64,000 nt of DNA, taken from IMG/VR virus record IMGVR_UViG_3300022601_000011, one strand, 5' to 3'. Below, in pieces: positions 63,134 to 64,000 of the stretch. The translations under genes were made by a program, and so were the position numbers. The number at the start of each line of letters is the position of its first letter. The stretch's first letter is position 1. The notes below the pieces were generated by a model that was not told where the DNA came from, did no database searches, and saw only the letters and a program-made list of their open reading frames with translations. This DNA comes from a virus. Its lineage: Duplodnaviria; Heunggongvirae; Uroviricota; Caudoviricetes.

Positions 63134-64000
63134 TCAGCTGGCTGACTCCTTATTTTGAATGGTCTTTTCAGATTTTTGACCATCCGGCTTTTCAGGACGT
63201 CCACCTTTTGATTGTTCAGTAGACTGTGCCTAATTTACCTAATTTTTCCCCTGACCTTTTTGCCCTAAAATGTCCTCACCTTTCATAGTGGAAGACATCA
63301 TAGGAGGAATCATAATTTCATAAAGATGTAGAATTTCATTTTCAAAATGAGCATTAGCAATAACTGCACTCTGGGAATGTCCCATAGCAATTTGTGGCAA
63401 CATCTTGGAATAACCAATAGTAACCTGCTCTTTATACATCTTCGCAAGCTCGATGTAGTTGTAGACTGTCGTCTCCAACATAAAGACGCGGAAATTATAT
63501 TTCTTCTTCCCAGGGAATTTATGTCTAACAATCTTATTTAAAAGATTCTAGAACTGTAAAATAAGACTTCTCATAGATGCTTCGTCGTTAAGAATAGACT
63601 TTTCAAGAGCGATATTACCATCAGTATTGAAAAGATTCTGTGAAACGCCAAGAGCATTATAAACAGTACGTTCAACCTTATTCAAATCGTCAGTTGAAGT
63701 TGTAGTATTCTTATCAGCCAAATCGGCAACTTCTACATCAGCAAAAGTAGTAAGAACGTCAACACCAACTGCCTTCTTTAACATTTGAACGGCATTATTA
63801 TGAATGTCTTTTGCTTCATCAACGTCGAAAATCAAATCGCCATTCTTGTCAAGCGGCAATTTTTGAATAATAATTTTGAGAAGTTTCTGCATTGTCTTAC
63901 GACGATCTAAATCCTGCGCGGCATCCAAATCCAAAAGAGATGGAATCGCATTAACCAACATAGGATAGTCAGTGCCGCAAATATTTAACTTAATCGCACA
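63134..64000 (-). CDS. portal protein, 5'-partial (code 15)
   Basis: ORFs 63548..63961 and 63239..63481 are in frame across TAG; C-terminal GGRPEK...KTIQN; ends TGA just before the SD of the protease gene. Confidence 0.7.

Noticed and set aside
2500..63541. Short plus-strand and alternate-frame ORFs in the supplied track
   Set aside because: They lie over longer minus-strand genes and lack SD sites and protein-like motifs.
1..64000. Degraded prophage or pseudogene interpretation of the fragmented ORFs
   Set aside because: The interruptions checked are all TAG with no frameshifts, they fall at conserved Gln positions, and operon coupling is intact.
1..64000. TGA recoding, or TAG as pyrrolysine
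   Set aside because: TGA ends genes at sensible junctions (1004, 31990, 53857, 56816, 58814, 63134), and TAG aligns with Gln rather than rare special sites.

Overview
The window is the morphogenesis (late) region of a large tailed dsDNA phage, with every gene on the minus strand. The order is portal, protease/scaffold, head proteins, major capsid, head-tail joining genes, tail tube, tape measure, baseplate/tail tip, then about 29 kb of fibre, adhesin and accessory genes. The supplied code-11 ORF track looks shattered because the phage reads TAG as an amino acid. Consecutive fragments share a frame and are separated only by TAG. With TAG read through, about 40 tightly packed genes tile the window, and all complete ones end in TAA or TGA. 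Conserved motifs and paralogues within the window point to TAG=Gln (genetic code 15). Strong AAGGAGG Shine-Dalgarno sites and a consensus TG-extended sigma70/sigmaA promoter suggest a Bacillota-type host (inference). No tail sheath, suppressor tRNA, CRISPR array or reverse transcriptase is visible. Highlights are a ~3,795-aa tape measure, a ~2,331-aa protein with a CotH-like kinase domain plus LRRs, a GT2 glycosyltransferase among fibre genes, a repeat solenoid with variable loop insertions, a shared C-terminal Trp motif among fibre proteins, a nested scaffold start, and a host-type promoter driving an amber-containing gene. Reading frames were checked by hand and only spot-checked in the longest genes. 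Functions come from motif recognition and gene order, with no database searches.
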